Assembly: GCA_951406725.2 (NCBI GenBank)
Contig: OX597822.1
Coordinates: 13,702,001-13,766,000, forward strand
Reading direction: 5' to 3'
Source: Octopus vulgaris
Taxonomy: Eukaryota
DNA length: 64,000 nucleotides
Shown here piece after piece: positions 1 to 11,880 of the stretch. The notes beneath the pieces were generated by a model. That model searched no databases, had not been told where the DNA came from, and was given only the letters and a program-made list of their open reading frames with translations. The translations under genes and the position numbers were made by a program. How positions within the stretch are numbered: the stretch's first letter is position 1; the number at the start of each line of letters is the position of its first letter.

Positions 1-108
1 GCTTCACCGCGTATGTACTAGCAAAAATGCGTGAGTGCAACAAACTTGAAAAAAATTGTCTTACCTCCAGGGAGAACATCTGAAAGATGAAATACCTGGA
101 AAAGGATA

Positions 109-186
109 ATGTGGGACCGGAGCCGGTTTCAGATTTTTCAAGAAATGCCTGCACATATACTTGATTTATCTTCATCAGCCAAACAT
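109..186 (-). ncRNA. Type I hammerhead ribozyme motif (GUC site)
   Basis: Minus strand reads ATGTTTGG-CTGATGA-AGATaaaTCAAG...CTTGAaaaATCT-GAAA-CCGG CT CCGG-TC-CCACAT. It has an intact core, extended helix II, helix III ACCGG/CCGGT, a GUC triplet and helix I TGG/CCA (plus ATG/CAT past a bulge). Confidence 0.75.
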
Positions 187-288
187 ATACCCGACGACAT
201 TTCAGATGCTGCCACATCAATGCTAATACACTCGACTGAAACGCCAAAACGCTGACAGAACGAGAACGGTGAAGAAGTTTCAATAAAA

Positions 289-455
289 ATAGTAATGCAA
301 TACTAGAGTATTGCTTTCCAGTAAAGAATAGCCCGTGAGGGAAAAATATTTTCCAGTAAATATCGGTACTTCGTTGTGCCATTTATTTACTTCTTGTATA
401 ATTTTCCCACACGGGCTATTCTTTACTGGAAAGCAATACTCTAGTATTGCATTAC

Positions 456-458
<3 letters not shown>
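289..458. repeat. Long foldback, 49-bp perfect inverted repeat with partly paired interior
   Basis: 289-337 (ATAGTAATGCAATACTAGAG...GCCCGTG) is the exact reverse complement of 410-458; the interior GGGAAAA/TTTTCCC also pairs. It ends at a (TA)n tract. Confidence 0.9.
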
Positions 459-500
<42 letters not shown>

Positions 501-531
501 ATCAAAAGAAAAACAGGACGCAAAGGATTTT

Positions 532-618
532 GCGGTACATATGTTTCGGGCTTTATTGAACAACTTATATCAATGCATAATTGATATAACAGGTAGATCA
601 AAAGCCTTCTTCAGCCGC
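532..618 (-). ncRNA. Type I hammerhead ribozyme motif (GUA site)
   Basis: Minus strand: GCGG-CTGAAGA-AGGCTTT...AAAGCCC-GAAA-CATATG-TA-CCGC. Helix I is GCGG/CCGC, helix III is the palindrome ACATATGT, and helix II is long with an internal TATATCAAT/ATTGATATA stem. Confidence 0.75.
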
Positions 619-1116
619 GTACAATTACCACACCAAAGACATGTATCACATTATAGCAGGCTTGAGAAAAGTTTGGGAAAAAACCGAGTTTCATTGGGAA
701 AGTAAATCCTTATAGGCGTATATGGCATTGCGAGACCCCAAAACAAATCGTCCATACTGTTTTTTCAGAGAAAGAGGAAAGGAGGGGAAGGTGGTGAAGC
801 TTTAATGAAGTTGGGATCACAAAAAAGAAAAATATATGTATAAATTTAAACATAATTATAAAGGATAATAATAAATATAAAATATTAAAAAAAAGTAAAG
901 ATGTAAAAAAATAAGTATATAAAGATACAAAGGACGTCACGTATAGGATCATAAATTCTAGAAATGTATTGTGAAAGTGTAAAAGGTACAAGAAATAAAG
1001 GGTAAAAGATAAAATAAAAAGCTAAAACTAAAGACAAATATATATATATATATATATAAATATATATATGTGTGTGTGTGTGTATTTACGTATGTATGTA
1101 TGTATGTATGTGTGTA

Positions 1117-1164
<48 letters not shown>

Positions 1165-1216
1165 ACTTGATAATTATAAGCACCTGTGTATACCGTTTGG
1201 TGGTGTAGGTGGTGGA

Positions 1217-1290
1217 CTGAAGAAGGCCACAGACATACATTATGCATTGTTATAAATCTGTCTAATAAAGGCCCGAAACATATATACAGG
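1217..1290 (+). ncRNA. Degenerate hammerhead motif related to the 532-618 copy
   Basis: CTGAAGA-AGGCC...ATTATGCATTG...AATAAAGGCCC-GAAA-CATATATA. The core is intact but helix I and helix III are decayed. It sits in a ~145-bp insert between (TA)n tracts. Confidence 0.45.
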
Positions 1291-1301
1291 TTTTTATTTT
1301 G

Positions 1302-1365
<64 letters not shown>

Positions 1366-1383
1366 TACATATATATATACACA

Positions 1384-1416
<33 letters not shown>

Positions 1417-1421
<5 letters not shown>

Positions 1422-1442
1422 TATCAATTTCTACCCTTATTC

Positions 1443-1504
<62 letters not shown>

Positions 1505-1950
1505 GAATAAGGGTAGAAATTGATATTAATCAATTAAAACCAGTGGCCTAGCATATTAAAAAAATCCGAAGATTAAAATATTTTTTACATACAAAATTTA
1601 AAGGACTGACCACTAAAAGTGGACAGTCAATGTGCATAAATGTAGACGTCAAAATCGCTATTTTCCACGAAGAATGTGTTCTCAAGAAAAATCTCAGCAA
1701 AAAAAAACAAAGTGTAAAAAATAAGCAAGACAAATGAAAATATACGAAATAAAAAGTGATTACCTATGTACTAATTAGTTTCACTTGTTAATATTCACGT
1801 ATATGTACACGTGAGTATCTGTAAGATCATCAGCATAGTCTGTCGTTTACAAACATAATTTCCAGAACTAGATACAGAACGCCTGACCGAACTCCCGCAT
1901 GCATAGAGTTCAACAAATTATATTTATGTGTATCTTTCGAATGCCTTCAA
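1417..1950 (-). mobile_element. Short Penelope-like (PLE) non-autonomous element with inverted terminus
   Basis: A 30-bp inverted repeat (1417-1446 / 1501-1530) flanks a (TA)n tract. The element contains the hammerhead at 1764-1838 and is bounded by (TA)n. Confidence 0.55.
1764..1838 (-). ncRNA. Type I hammerhead ribozyme motif (GUA site)
   Basis: Minus strand: CTATG-CTGATGA-TCTT...ATACTCACGT...ACGTGAATAT...AAGT-GAAA-CTAATTAG-TA-CATAG. Helix I CTATG/CATAG is perfect and helix III is the palindrome ACTAATTAGT. Confidence 0.8.
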
Positions 1951-2062
1951 ATATATATATATATTTATAAATCCAAAACAGAACAAACACAAAAAGCACA
2001 GCAGCGCGAGGACGTGGTACATGTAAAGTATTAGTAGACACTCAGGGAAGGAAAGAAAGGTG

Positions 2063-2098
2063 GTTTAACGTTTCGAACAGACGCTCTTCTTCGGAAAC
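2063..2098 (-). ncRNA. Minimal hammerhead motif with CCGAAGA core variant
   Basis: Minus strand: GTTT-CCGAAGA-A-GAGC GTCT GTTC-GAAA-CG-TT-AAAC. Helix I is GTTT/AAAC, helix III is a loopless ACGT, and the core has U4 replaced by C. Confidence 0.55.
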
Positions 2099-2219
2099 AG
2101 AGGAAAGTCCAATAGAAAAGGAAGACAGAGGAAGAAAATCGCAAACGATTCCCATGTGGCTACATTTTGAAATGACCGGAACGGAATAGGTGAAGAAAAA
2201 GTTCTTTCTAAGACTGTGC

Positions 2220-2275
<56 letters not shown>

Positions 2276-2277
<2 letters not shown>

Positions 2278-3048
2278 GCACAGGAGGTCACGAAACGTGT
2301 AAACCAAAAATTACGAAGTACGAGTACATGCAATATGAACTATTTTTTCGAACAACGAAAGACACAAAAGGAAAATACGACAAACAACATAAAGAACGAC
2401 ATTTCATCACTTGCTGGCTGTTTTTTCTACTCTCGTATTTTGAGCATTTATCAACAAGATACGCTTTCGACAAAACAGTTGCTCCTGCAAAGCAAATTAA
2501 ATAATATAATAATATAAATAATATACATAAATAATATATATAAATAAATATATATATATTATATATGTTTCTCTCTTTGATTCCTTTGCCCCCTTCTTTT
2601 CTCTCTCTTCTCTCACGTGACCGCTGGTCAACCAGCCTTTCGGCTTCTAACCAGCGCCATGAGAAGATCGTTGTCTTCGTCTGCCGAAAAAGGCATTTTT
2701 TCCCAAATACGCCAGCTAAACTAAGTTGTACTGTCTATTAGTCGTAAGACACCCGCTGTTTTTGTCCTGTTTTTACCATTACTGTTTTTTGTATTTTATA
2801 TTCGTGTGGCATCATCAATTTTTCTGTCCCTGTTTCGTATAATTTCGATCCTTTTTCCAAGAAATCTAATGCTCGTAGCTTAGTTTTTCCTTGGGGCTGG
2901 CCGGATCGGAGCAATCTCAAGATTAATCAGCCGAAATTGCTAGGATGATCCGGTTCTTGACTGAAGATTGAAGGCTTCGAATGTCCCCTCCGTGTTTTTT
3001 GTATCGTCTTCTAAATGTTTTACGTTCTTGTCCCAGTTTGTATTTTTC

Positions 3049-3109
<61 letters not shown>

Positions 3110-3146
3110 TATATACATACGTATATGTATATAATTGCATCAATAC

Positions 3147-3197
<51 letters not shown>

Positions 3198-3479
3198 TAT
3201 ATGCATATGTGCGCACAGTACGTCACGAGACCCTCCGCAAAATCCCAAATGTTTATTTAATTTGCTTTGCGGGAGCAACTGTTTCATTGAAAGCGTATAT
3301 TGTTGTTAAATGCTCGAAATACGAGAGTAGGAAAACAGCCAGCAACTGATGAAGAGTCGTTCTTTATGTTGTTTGTCTTGTTTTCCATTTGTGTCTTTCG
3401 TTTTTCGAAAGAATAGTTCATGTTCCATGAACTCATGCTACGTACGTTTTTGTTGTACACGTTTCGTGACGTCCTGTGC
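2276..3479. repeat. Inverted pair of ~225-bp dispersed repeats (PLE-like family) embedded in (TA)n
   Basis: 2276-2505 is the reverse complement, with substitutions, of about 3250-3479. Related copies are at 9535-9833, 16355-16570, 22125-22392 and 22475-22700. Confidence 0.8.
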
Positions 3480-3521
3480 TCTCTCTCTCTCTCTCTCACA
3501 TACACACACACACACACACAC

Positions 3522-3602
<81 letters not shown>

Positions 3603-3678
3603 AATCCAAACGGGAAACAAAAAAACAACAACAATGGAACAATTACATATTATTATTAATGGCGCTCAGGAAATGGAA

Positions 3679-3728
<50 letters not shown>

Positions 3729-3734
3729 ATATAT

Positions 3735-4352
3735 TCATTATAGAAATAGGGTAAAAAATTATTAAATTCATAATTAACATATTTCACCAAGTAGCTTCGG
3801 TATTGAAAAAAAGACATTATCTGTAAAAGCTTATACAAAAATTTTTTTTTTATAATTATAAATATAATTAAGGGTTTAGCAAAAAGTTGCTTCACCACAT
3901 ACCGAAAATTTAAAAATAGCAGTCAAAAACCGCTAATTCTTTTAACTACAATATAATTCCACAAACAGCAATATGCGTAACTCACATTGGGAAAAAGAAG
4001 AAAAAAATAAGGAAATCAACCAGTCTTACGATTAATCATGTACGCGTTTCGGGATTAGAATTTTAAAATTCATTTCCCTCATCAGCATGATATTTCAAGA
4101 TTATAAATTTGAAAATGCTGAACGTACCCTTTGCATCCTCGATCAAGCGACATCGGAACCTAACTTAAGGTAGAGAGCAACTTCCGAATTTATATAGACG
4201 AGTAATTTCGCATCCTTCTATCCAAAATTACCATGTACGTCACAAGATAGTACCACAGAAAAACTGCAGTGAAATTGTCATGATATATATAGGGTAAAAA
4301 ATTATTAATTTTATAATTAACAAATTTCACCAAGTAGCTTCGGTATGGAAAG
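3735..4352 (-). mobile_element. Short PLE-like element with ~57-bp terminal direct repeat
   Basis: ATAGGGTAAAAAATTATTAA...TTTCACCAAGTAGCTTCGGTAT occurs at 3746-3803 and again at 4289-4346. The element has an internal hammerhead and (TA)n flanks. Confidence 0.6.
4035..4091 (-). ncRNA. Type I hammerhead ribozyme motif (GUA site), fully canonical
   Basis: Minus strand: ATCATG-CTGATGA-GGGA aat GAATTTTAAAATTC taa TCCC-GAAA-CGCG-TA-CATGAT. All three helices pair and helix III is the palindrome ACGCGT. Confidence 0.88.
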
Positions 4353-5126
4353 ATATATATATATATATATATATATATACGTATAGATTGTCCCCATCAG
4401 CTAAGGAACCTGCTCTAACCACATTCATAAAATCTATAGTTGTTTTGTTTTTGCATTTCTATTTAACACATCTCTCAAATATTTTCCCTGTGACTGGATT
4501 AAGAGAAAAGAAATTAAAGGAAAACAAGGCCACTGTTCGTGATGTGTACGAAATCACATATGTCATCGATCATGTATCCACGGTGACACAGCGGGCATCT
4601 GTTCGATTAGACACTTGGTCTCCTACCTATAAAACCCTGAATAATGACTGTATGAATTTTAACTTCCTTACCCGCCTTTACGCATACATGCATACATACA
4701 TCCACACGTACATACACACATATACACATATAGTATATACATACACATGTGTGTGTGTGTGTGTGTGTGTGTAATTATCTATGTATGAAGACGCACTCGT
4801 TCCAGCGATAGATAGATAGTTAGAGACATACATACACACATACATACATAAGTACATACACACCCACTCCCCACTGCTGGAGATGTGGAGAGTATAATAT
4901 ATTTTAATTTATGTGAGATAAGCAAGAACAATTTCCCACCCCCACCGCTCACTTTCAATTCATTCCTGTTTTTTCCAACGGCCGAACTGTACGGTTGACT
5001 GACGCTCTGAGAAAAGAAGCTGCTATTCCTCATTGTCTCAAATAAAACTATTACACAGATGCCCTGCTACAACACACACACGCACACATACACACACACA
5101 GTGCAATATTCTCGAACGGTTAAACC

Positions 5127-5577
5127 ATTGGTTTTCAATCATTTTTTCAACGTATAGACCCCTTTGATTACTGTTGTTCTCTGGTGGACCCAACGCCATA
5201 AGTATTTGATGCTTCAAAACTAGTTTTATAGGTGTATCGTATAAAATTCGTATTTTATTTTTCACTGATTCACTTGTATAGGTTTACAATAATACTCTGA
5301 GAAAACATATGTGTTAAACGATGTAAAACTTTCGGGAAAGAAACCTCAGTTGTTTCTCACAATAAATATATCTAAAACGAAATTTTTATCATGGACCCTT
5401 AATATAATACTGTATATATAATATATATGGAACCTTAATATCATGGCCCCTTAATATAGTGCTATATAAGAATAATAATATAATACTTAATATAATTTAC
5501 TATTTTACTTTTGTACACCCCTAAAAATCGTAAGTGGACCGTCAGGGGTCAAACGTACCCAAGTCAGAAACCATTCT
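5127..5577. mobile_element. Old hAT-like MITE (CAGTGGTTCTCAA-type ends)
   Basis: Left end CATTGGTTTTCAATC, right end AGTCAGAAACCATT, with internal GTGGACC motifs shared with other copies in the window. Confidence 0.4.
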
Positions 5578-5949
5578 GTTAATCCGTTGACCTGGGTTTG
5601 ATACTTTTGCGTAGAATTTCGAGTAAGTGTCACTCGCTATAATCTCAGATCGAATCTGGCATTCTGAATGAAATTGGAGAGGCAGAAACTATGATGAAAG
5701 CCTCTTGGATGGGTCATCCGTGCATTTCAATGAATAAAGTTGCCACTCGTTACGCCCGCTGATGCTGCATGAGGATTATAAAACGGGCACACATTTCCGT
5801 GGTTTACGCAGCCAATGAAACGCCGATTCAGGAGCTGGTGATATAATTGATCGGACAATTGAGTTCTTTTCGTCGAAACCGCCGGAGATCCATTATATTT
5901 GTGTTATGTGTGCTTGAGTGAGTTTGCATGTGGGTGTGCGTGGACACCT

Positions 5950-6153
<204 letters not shown>

Positions 6154-6411
6154 CTGAATGTAACCAACTCTATGTATTTCAATGCGTTCCGAAATAAACC
6201 TACACTTCATTCTAATTGCTCTGAGGAAGCTATAACATGTTGCACAAGCACTCAACTCTGAGTGCTGTGCATCCAATAGCAGAAGCAGTTGTAAGTTAAT
6301 GAAGTTGGTTACGTAACTTCTGTTCTTTTGTCATTCGTTAATTCATTATCATCATCGTCGTCGTCGTTGTCGTCGTCGTCGTCGTCGTCGTCATCATCAT
6401 CATCATCATCA

Positions 6412-6461
<50 letters not shown>

Positions 6462-7015
6462 GAGTGAGAGAGCAGTTCATGCCATCAAGGTGACACTGGG
6501 GTAAAATATACGAAGCCCAATATACCCATCATGACTACCCGTCTGATAAGGATACACCAGGCACATGCATCACAACCATATGTGCGCGACATGGTGATCT
6601 CATATCAAGATAAACAGCACATGACCTTGCAGGTGGGGCCCAGTTAGAATTTTCTTCAGGTTGAGTAGCCCATCCCGCTCAAACGGTCCCTGAATAAGGG
6701 TTGTTTAAGGATGTTGAAAGAACCACCCATGTTTCCAGAGGTGAATTATTCAAACCCCAAAGAATCCCTCTCAACACATGGCTATGATGCTCCCCCACTA
6801 CTTCTGCTCGTGATCAGAGATGCACATATCGTCAGCCACTAAGGGACATGCTCAACTGGTTAAGGTCAAACAACTGACAAGCAAATCTGTGGTATTGAGC
6901 AGAATATTTGCTGTAGCCCATCTTTTATACCAAGACAAAACAATGTACATGATAACACTTCCAATCAGTTAAGATCAGAAGCCATGAGAGCCACTGCCTG
7001 GTACTGCATCAGGGC

Positions 7016-7019
<4 letters not shown>
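6462..7019 (-). mobile_element. Non-coding dispersed element inserted in (TAA)n, probably an R4/Dong-dependent non-autonomous element
   Basis: Flanked on both sides by (TAT)n. The 3' end ...CTGCTCTCTCACTC(AAT)n recurs on the + strand at about 56395-56520. It lies next to Dong-like RLE fragments. Confidence 0.55.
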
Positions 7020-7081
<62 letters not shown>

Positions 7082-7169
7082 TATTGTTGTTGTTGTTATT
7101 GTTAAGGCGGCGAGCTGGCAGAATTGTTAGCACGCCGGGCGAAATGCTTATTATTATTATTATTATTAT

Positions 7170-7631
7170 TTTATGTTTGACTTTTGCTTTGCATTTGTAC
7201 AAGTGGACTCCAAGTCTCACCGAGAGACCTCAAGAGAGAACAATTTAGAAGTTCATGTTGGTGTTATGCCTAGGATGTCATATATCTAGTTTTAAACATA
7301 GTATTGTTCTAGGGAATGTTTAAGGAAACATAAGAAAATTATAAGTTGCTTTTAAAATTTGAGATTACATAGTCAGTATTTTACGTAGGATATGGGCAGT
7401 TCCCATGAGCACTATCTTTTGAATTTCTGTAATTTTGGGGTTTCCTGGTATCTGAGCTAGGTAGCAATCAGCCCCTTTTGCTATCAGTTTCAGGGCACCT
7501 ATGACAACAGCTATTGTATTAGTCTTCAGGTACCACATTTTGCCAATTTATACTTCAAGATCTTTATACTTGCTCAGTTTTTGTAGGTCTTGACAGATAC
7601 AATTATATCGATTGGGACAGTCATATCAATA
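7170..7631 (-). mobile_element. 3' fragment of R4/Dong-like non-LTR retrotransposon (restriction-like endonuclease C-terminus), pseudogenised
   Basis: Minus-strand translation across one frameshift and one stop: IDMTVPIDIIVSVKTY/KLSKYKDLEV*IGKMWYLKTNTIAVVIGALKLIAKG...EIQKIVLMGTAHILRKIL. This is the typical RLE end (K..KY..L, VIGALG, GTAHILR). Flanks are (TAA)n. Confidence 0.85.
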
Positions 7632-7648
7632 TTATTATTATTATTATT

Positions 7649-7860
7649 CAGTAGTTTTATTTTTATAGCGTGCTTTCACTTCACTACCGAGCGCAGTTCT
7701 GTGTGCCTTGGGTATGTGCTGTGATTTGTTGTGATGCTCTGATGGTTATTGTATGGAAAATGTTCTGCGTAGGATGTGTGCAGTGCCTAGTAGTGCAATT
7801 TTCTGTATGTTATATGTGTTTGTAAGTCCTGGTGTTTTTGTTATGTATTTGTCTGAATAT
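7649..7860 (-). mobile_element. Second R4/Dong-like 3' end (different subfamily)
   Basis: Minus-strand translation SDKYITKTPGLTNTYNIQKIALLGTAHILRRTFSIQ* followed by a short 3' UTR and an (AAT)n tail. Confidence 0.8.
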
Positions 7861-7870
7861 TTTTTTTTTA

Positions 7871-7905
<35 letters not shown>

Positions 7906-8443
7906 GGACAGGCTGTGTTCTTCTGTCACGTGGCTAGGGTGGAAAGAGGTTGTGCAGTGGTGGAAACAATATGGACTGAGAGGAAAGACATTTTCATCAT
8001 CGGTCAAGCTCTCGTCAACTGTTTTAAGTTCCACTTGTGAAGGTGGAGACAGAAGTATTACCCCCCCCCCCCCAGTGAATTTTTGAAAAGATGGGTGACT
8101 GCAGCAAAAACGGTTAATGTGAATACCCCACCACCACCACCTCTAAGTATGCGCCTGATGATGGAACAGCAGGCGAGAGGGTTCGTCCCTTCGGCGGTCA
8201 GGGTAATCCTGGATCCTTGGGATTCCTTGACTAAACTTTAATTGGGGTTTTTTTCTATCATGGGGATTGAATCATTCATGTTATCGCATATTTTGTACAA
8301 TTTGTATACTTTTATTGCGTTTCACTGTTTTTTTCTCTCCTCTCTTTTTCTCCCCCATCCTTTTATGTAAAACCCCACACAATTGTTTTCTGTCCTTGTG
8401 ATGTGCCCCTCATCTATGCCCCTGAGGCTATTAAAAGAAATTA

Positions 8444-8481
<38 letters not shown>

Positions 8482-8686
8482 ACTACTACTACTACTACTA
8501 CTAACACTACTTCAAGCATTGTGTCTATAACAAAGGATTAAAAGGGTTGTATCTTCTTCATCATCGTCGTCGTCATCGTCGTAGTCCTCCTCCTCATCAT
8601 CATCACAGTCGTAATCATTATCCTCCCCCTCCCCCCTCCTCCTCCTCATCTTCTTCTCCTCATCATCATCGTCATCATCATCCTCG

Positions 8687-8717
<31 letters not shown>

Positions 8718-8795
8718 TATCATCTTTATCGTCATCCTCCTCCTCCACCACCGCCTCCTCATCATCATCATCGTCGCCGTCGTCGTCGTTATCGT
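8444..8795. repeat. Compound triplet microsatellites (CTA/CTG/CAT/CCT/CGT)
   Basis: Directly visible; explains the poly-D, poly-H and poly-V ORFs. Confidence 0.9.
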
Positions 8796-9473
8796 CGTCT
8801 CCTGTTGCTCAGGATGTTCCTAGCTTATAACTGACACTAGTTGGCAGCTCTCCTTTCGCAGGAGGACAGCTTCCATACATGTGTCCACATACTTCGTATA
8901 CGCTCCATCCTCTTATCTCATGTTCCCGACCCCACCCCCACCTCACTGCCCTACCTTTTCCCTTCTTCTTTATATGCATCCCCAACACACCACACGCACT
9001 GAAATTGTAATCTCTCCCTCTCATATCCGATGCCCCTGTGGCAAATAAACAAAATCATCAATATTAATGTTGTTCATCTTACTCTTATTTATTATCTTGA
9101 GAGGAACATCTTTCAGTCACACCCCACCGCACTCCACACACACGTATGCATTTATTCTTTTATTGGTTTTAACAAGAGGCTGAGGCCACGCTGGGGCACT
9201 GCCTTATTAATATTACGCATACTCGCAAGACTATGCATGCATTTATGATGCGTGCATATTCATCCATTGTGTTACATATAAATATACATAAATATATATG
9301 TATGAATGTATGCATGTATATAACGTATATGCATGTATATATATATATTTATATACATGTATATATACATGTATATATATGTATATATACATGTATATAT
9401 ACATGTATATATAGACATATATATATTTATATATATACTTATATATACATATACATCTATGTATATGTATATA

Positions 9474-9521
<48 letters not shown>

Positions 9522-9612
9522 TGTATATATATATAATAACAATTTAACAAATAAAACATATGCATACATATATACATATATGTACATACCTACATCTATA
9601 TGTATACATACT

Positions 9613-9666
<54 letters not shown>

Positions 9667-9866
9667 TACAGGACACCACAAATAAACGTAGAACACAACG
9701 AGAAACGAAAACATAAAAACAAACAGTGAAACGAACTTTTTTAACAACGAAAAAACAGAGTACAAGACTAACAATACAAGGAAAATTCCCCTTCATCAGC
9801 TGCCCCTGGTTCGACTTAATGCGTGTTTCGAAGATATATATATATATGTATACATATATATATACA

Positions 9867-9927
<61 letters not shown>

Positions 9928-10091
9928 CCACGTGTTGTTGTTTTTTCTGTTTTCCCGTTTGGATTAACCCTATATATATATGCATATACATATATATATA
10001 CATATATGTACATGTATATACATATACATCTATGTATGTGTATATATATGTACATACATATATATGTATATTTATAGATATATATATACAC

Positions 10092-10137
<46 letters not shown>

Positions 10138-10139
10138 GT

Positions 10140-10173
<34 letters not shown>

Positions 10174-11218
10174 GTATATGTATATGTATATATATATATA
10201 TACATGCGAATGTGTATCTAGGCATGTGCATGAATTTAGGTAGTTATATATCCATGGTTGGGTTGGGTGGGTGCGCGCGCTCGTGTGAATATGAATATGT
10301 GTGTATGTGCGTTTACGTGTGTGTGTGTGTGTATGTGTGTGTAGAACCTATATCTTCTTCCAGAGAAATGTTGAACATGATGGCCAGGGTGAGAGAGGCT
10401 GAAAGAATCCCTTAGAAAAGTTCCCTTCTTGTTTATGTCCCTTTCCTCCCCTTCTCTAATCTCTTTTACTCTTTGTACCTTTCCCCTTCCTATTCGGTTC
10501 CTTGCCATTTTTACCGTCTTTCATCTGGGAGCTCAAACCCTCCCCACCTCTCCTCCACCCCCACACACTCTCCTTCTCTTTAAATCTCTTTGCCCCTCCC
10601 TTTCTTTCTTTCTTCTCTTCTTTATCCCCAATCTTCTTTTCCTTTCTCTCGACTTCTCCCCCCCCCCCCATTTTCATTCTTCATTCTTCAATATTTATCA
10701 TCAATGCCACCGCCACCACCGTCGCCGCTACCCCCTCACCATTACCACCACCACCACCACCACCAATATAACTGCCATCATCTCGTACGCGCGCGCGCGC
10801 GGACGCAAGCCACCACTACCACCACCAGCACCTTCGCCGCCACTGCCCTTCACCGAACCACGGATGCTGCCGTCACCATTGTAATTAAGCATCAATATAC
10901 AAGCTTACCACCACCACCACCACCTTCGCCACCGCCACCAACACCATTATATTAAACATCACCCCACCCCCTCCCCAACACACACACACACGCACGCACG
11001 CGCACACACCATCTCATTCACACCACTATTGCAACAACAACAGCACCATTGTCGCCAACAGCACCGACCCCATCGTCACCACCGTCAGCTGTAGCAGCAG
11101 CAGCAGCAGCAGCAACATCAGCAACAGCAGCAGCAAGAGCAACACGACCAGCAGCAGCAGCAGCAGCAGTAGCAGCAGCCGCTTCCCTGCTTACCAATTC
11201 TTATGTGTTTTTTTTCAG

Positions 11219-11880
11219 TCGATGCTTGGTGGGAAGTCGAATGTGTAACGGCGTTCTAAGTGAGAGAGATTAAAGAGGAAGATAGGCAGATACAGAGTGA
11301 GAGAGTAAGAGAGAAAGAGAGAGAGAGAGATATAGAGACAGGCTGAATGTATGAGGGAGTGCGTATAAACGACACAATATCATAGGGGATATATATATAT
11401 GTGTATATATACATATCTATCTATATTTATATAGTATAGTAGCTTTGTATATCTATATATGCTAATAATACACGGCATTTATTAATTATTTATCTGGAGC
11501 GAATTTTGCTAACTTAATTATCTATTTTTTATTTATTACTACTGCTACTACTATTATTATTATTGTTATTTTTGTTAGTGCAACCAACCGAAGCAACGCA
11601 ATCTAAATCGAACGGGAATCAATTGGATCGAATTGTGAACTTGAACTTGGAAGAAAGCAAATTATTATAATATAAAGATAACTGAAAGAAAAGAAAAAAA
11701 TATCGGAAAAAAGAATAGCTTTTGCTTTACTTAAATATTATTTGATTCAATCTGGGATCGAACCTGTGTATACCACATCACTTGGAACTCTATATATTTA
11801 CTTTAACCACCTGGATATTTGCTGAGTACCTTTAACTCTTTTTTTTTTCCCCGGCTGATGACTTTTTAAAGAATTTTCAT
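11219..11880 (+). other. Candidate non-coding (5' UTR-like) exon of an unidentified gene
   Basis: Bounded by a pyrimidine tract ending TTTTTTTTCAG (11218), which also reads as an Inr-like TCAGTC, and by a consensus donor CAT|GTAAGT at 11881. It lies downstream of a CpG/GC-rich stretch (10700-11180) and has no ORF. Confidence 0.35.

Noticed and set aside
2959-2987. CTGAAGA...CTTCGAATGTC
   Set aside because: It lacks a GAAA box and helix I pairing.
5755-5892. CTGATGC...GAAAC and CTGGTGA...GAAAC motifs
   Set aside because: The cores are non-canonical and no consistent helices form.
11049-11273. Poly-Ala/Pro ORF resembling a transcription-factor N-terminus
   Set aside because: It starts at a non-ATG codon, is built from CAG/CCA repeats, and has no recognisable domain.
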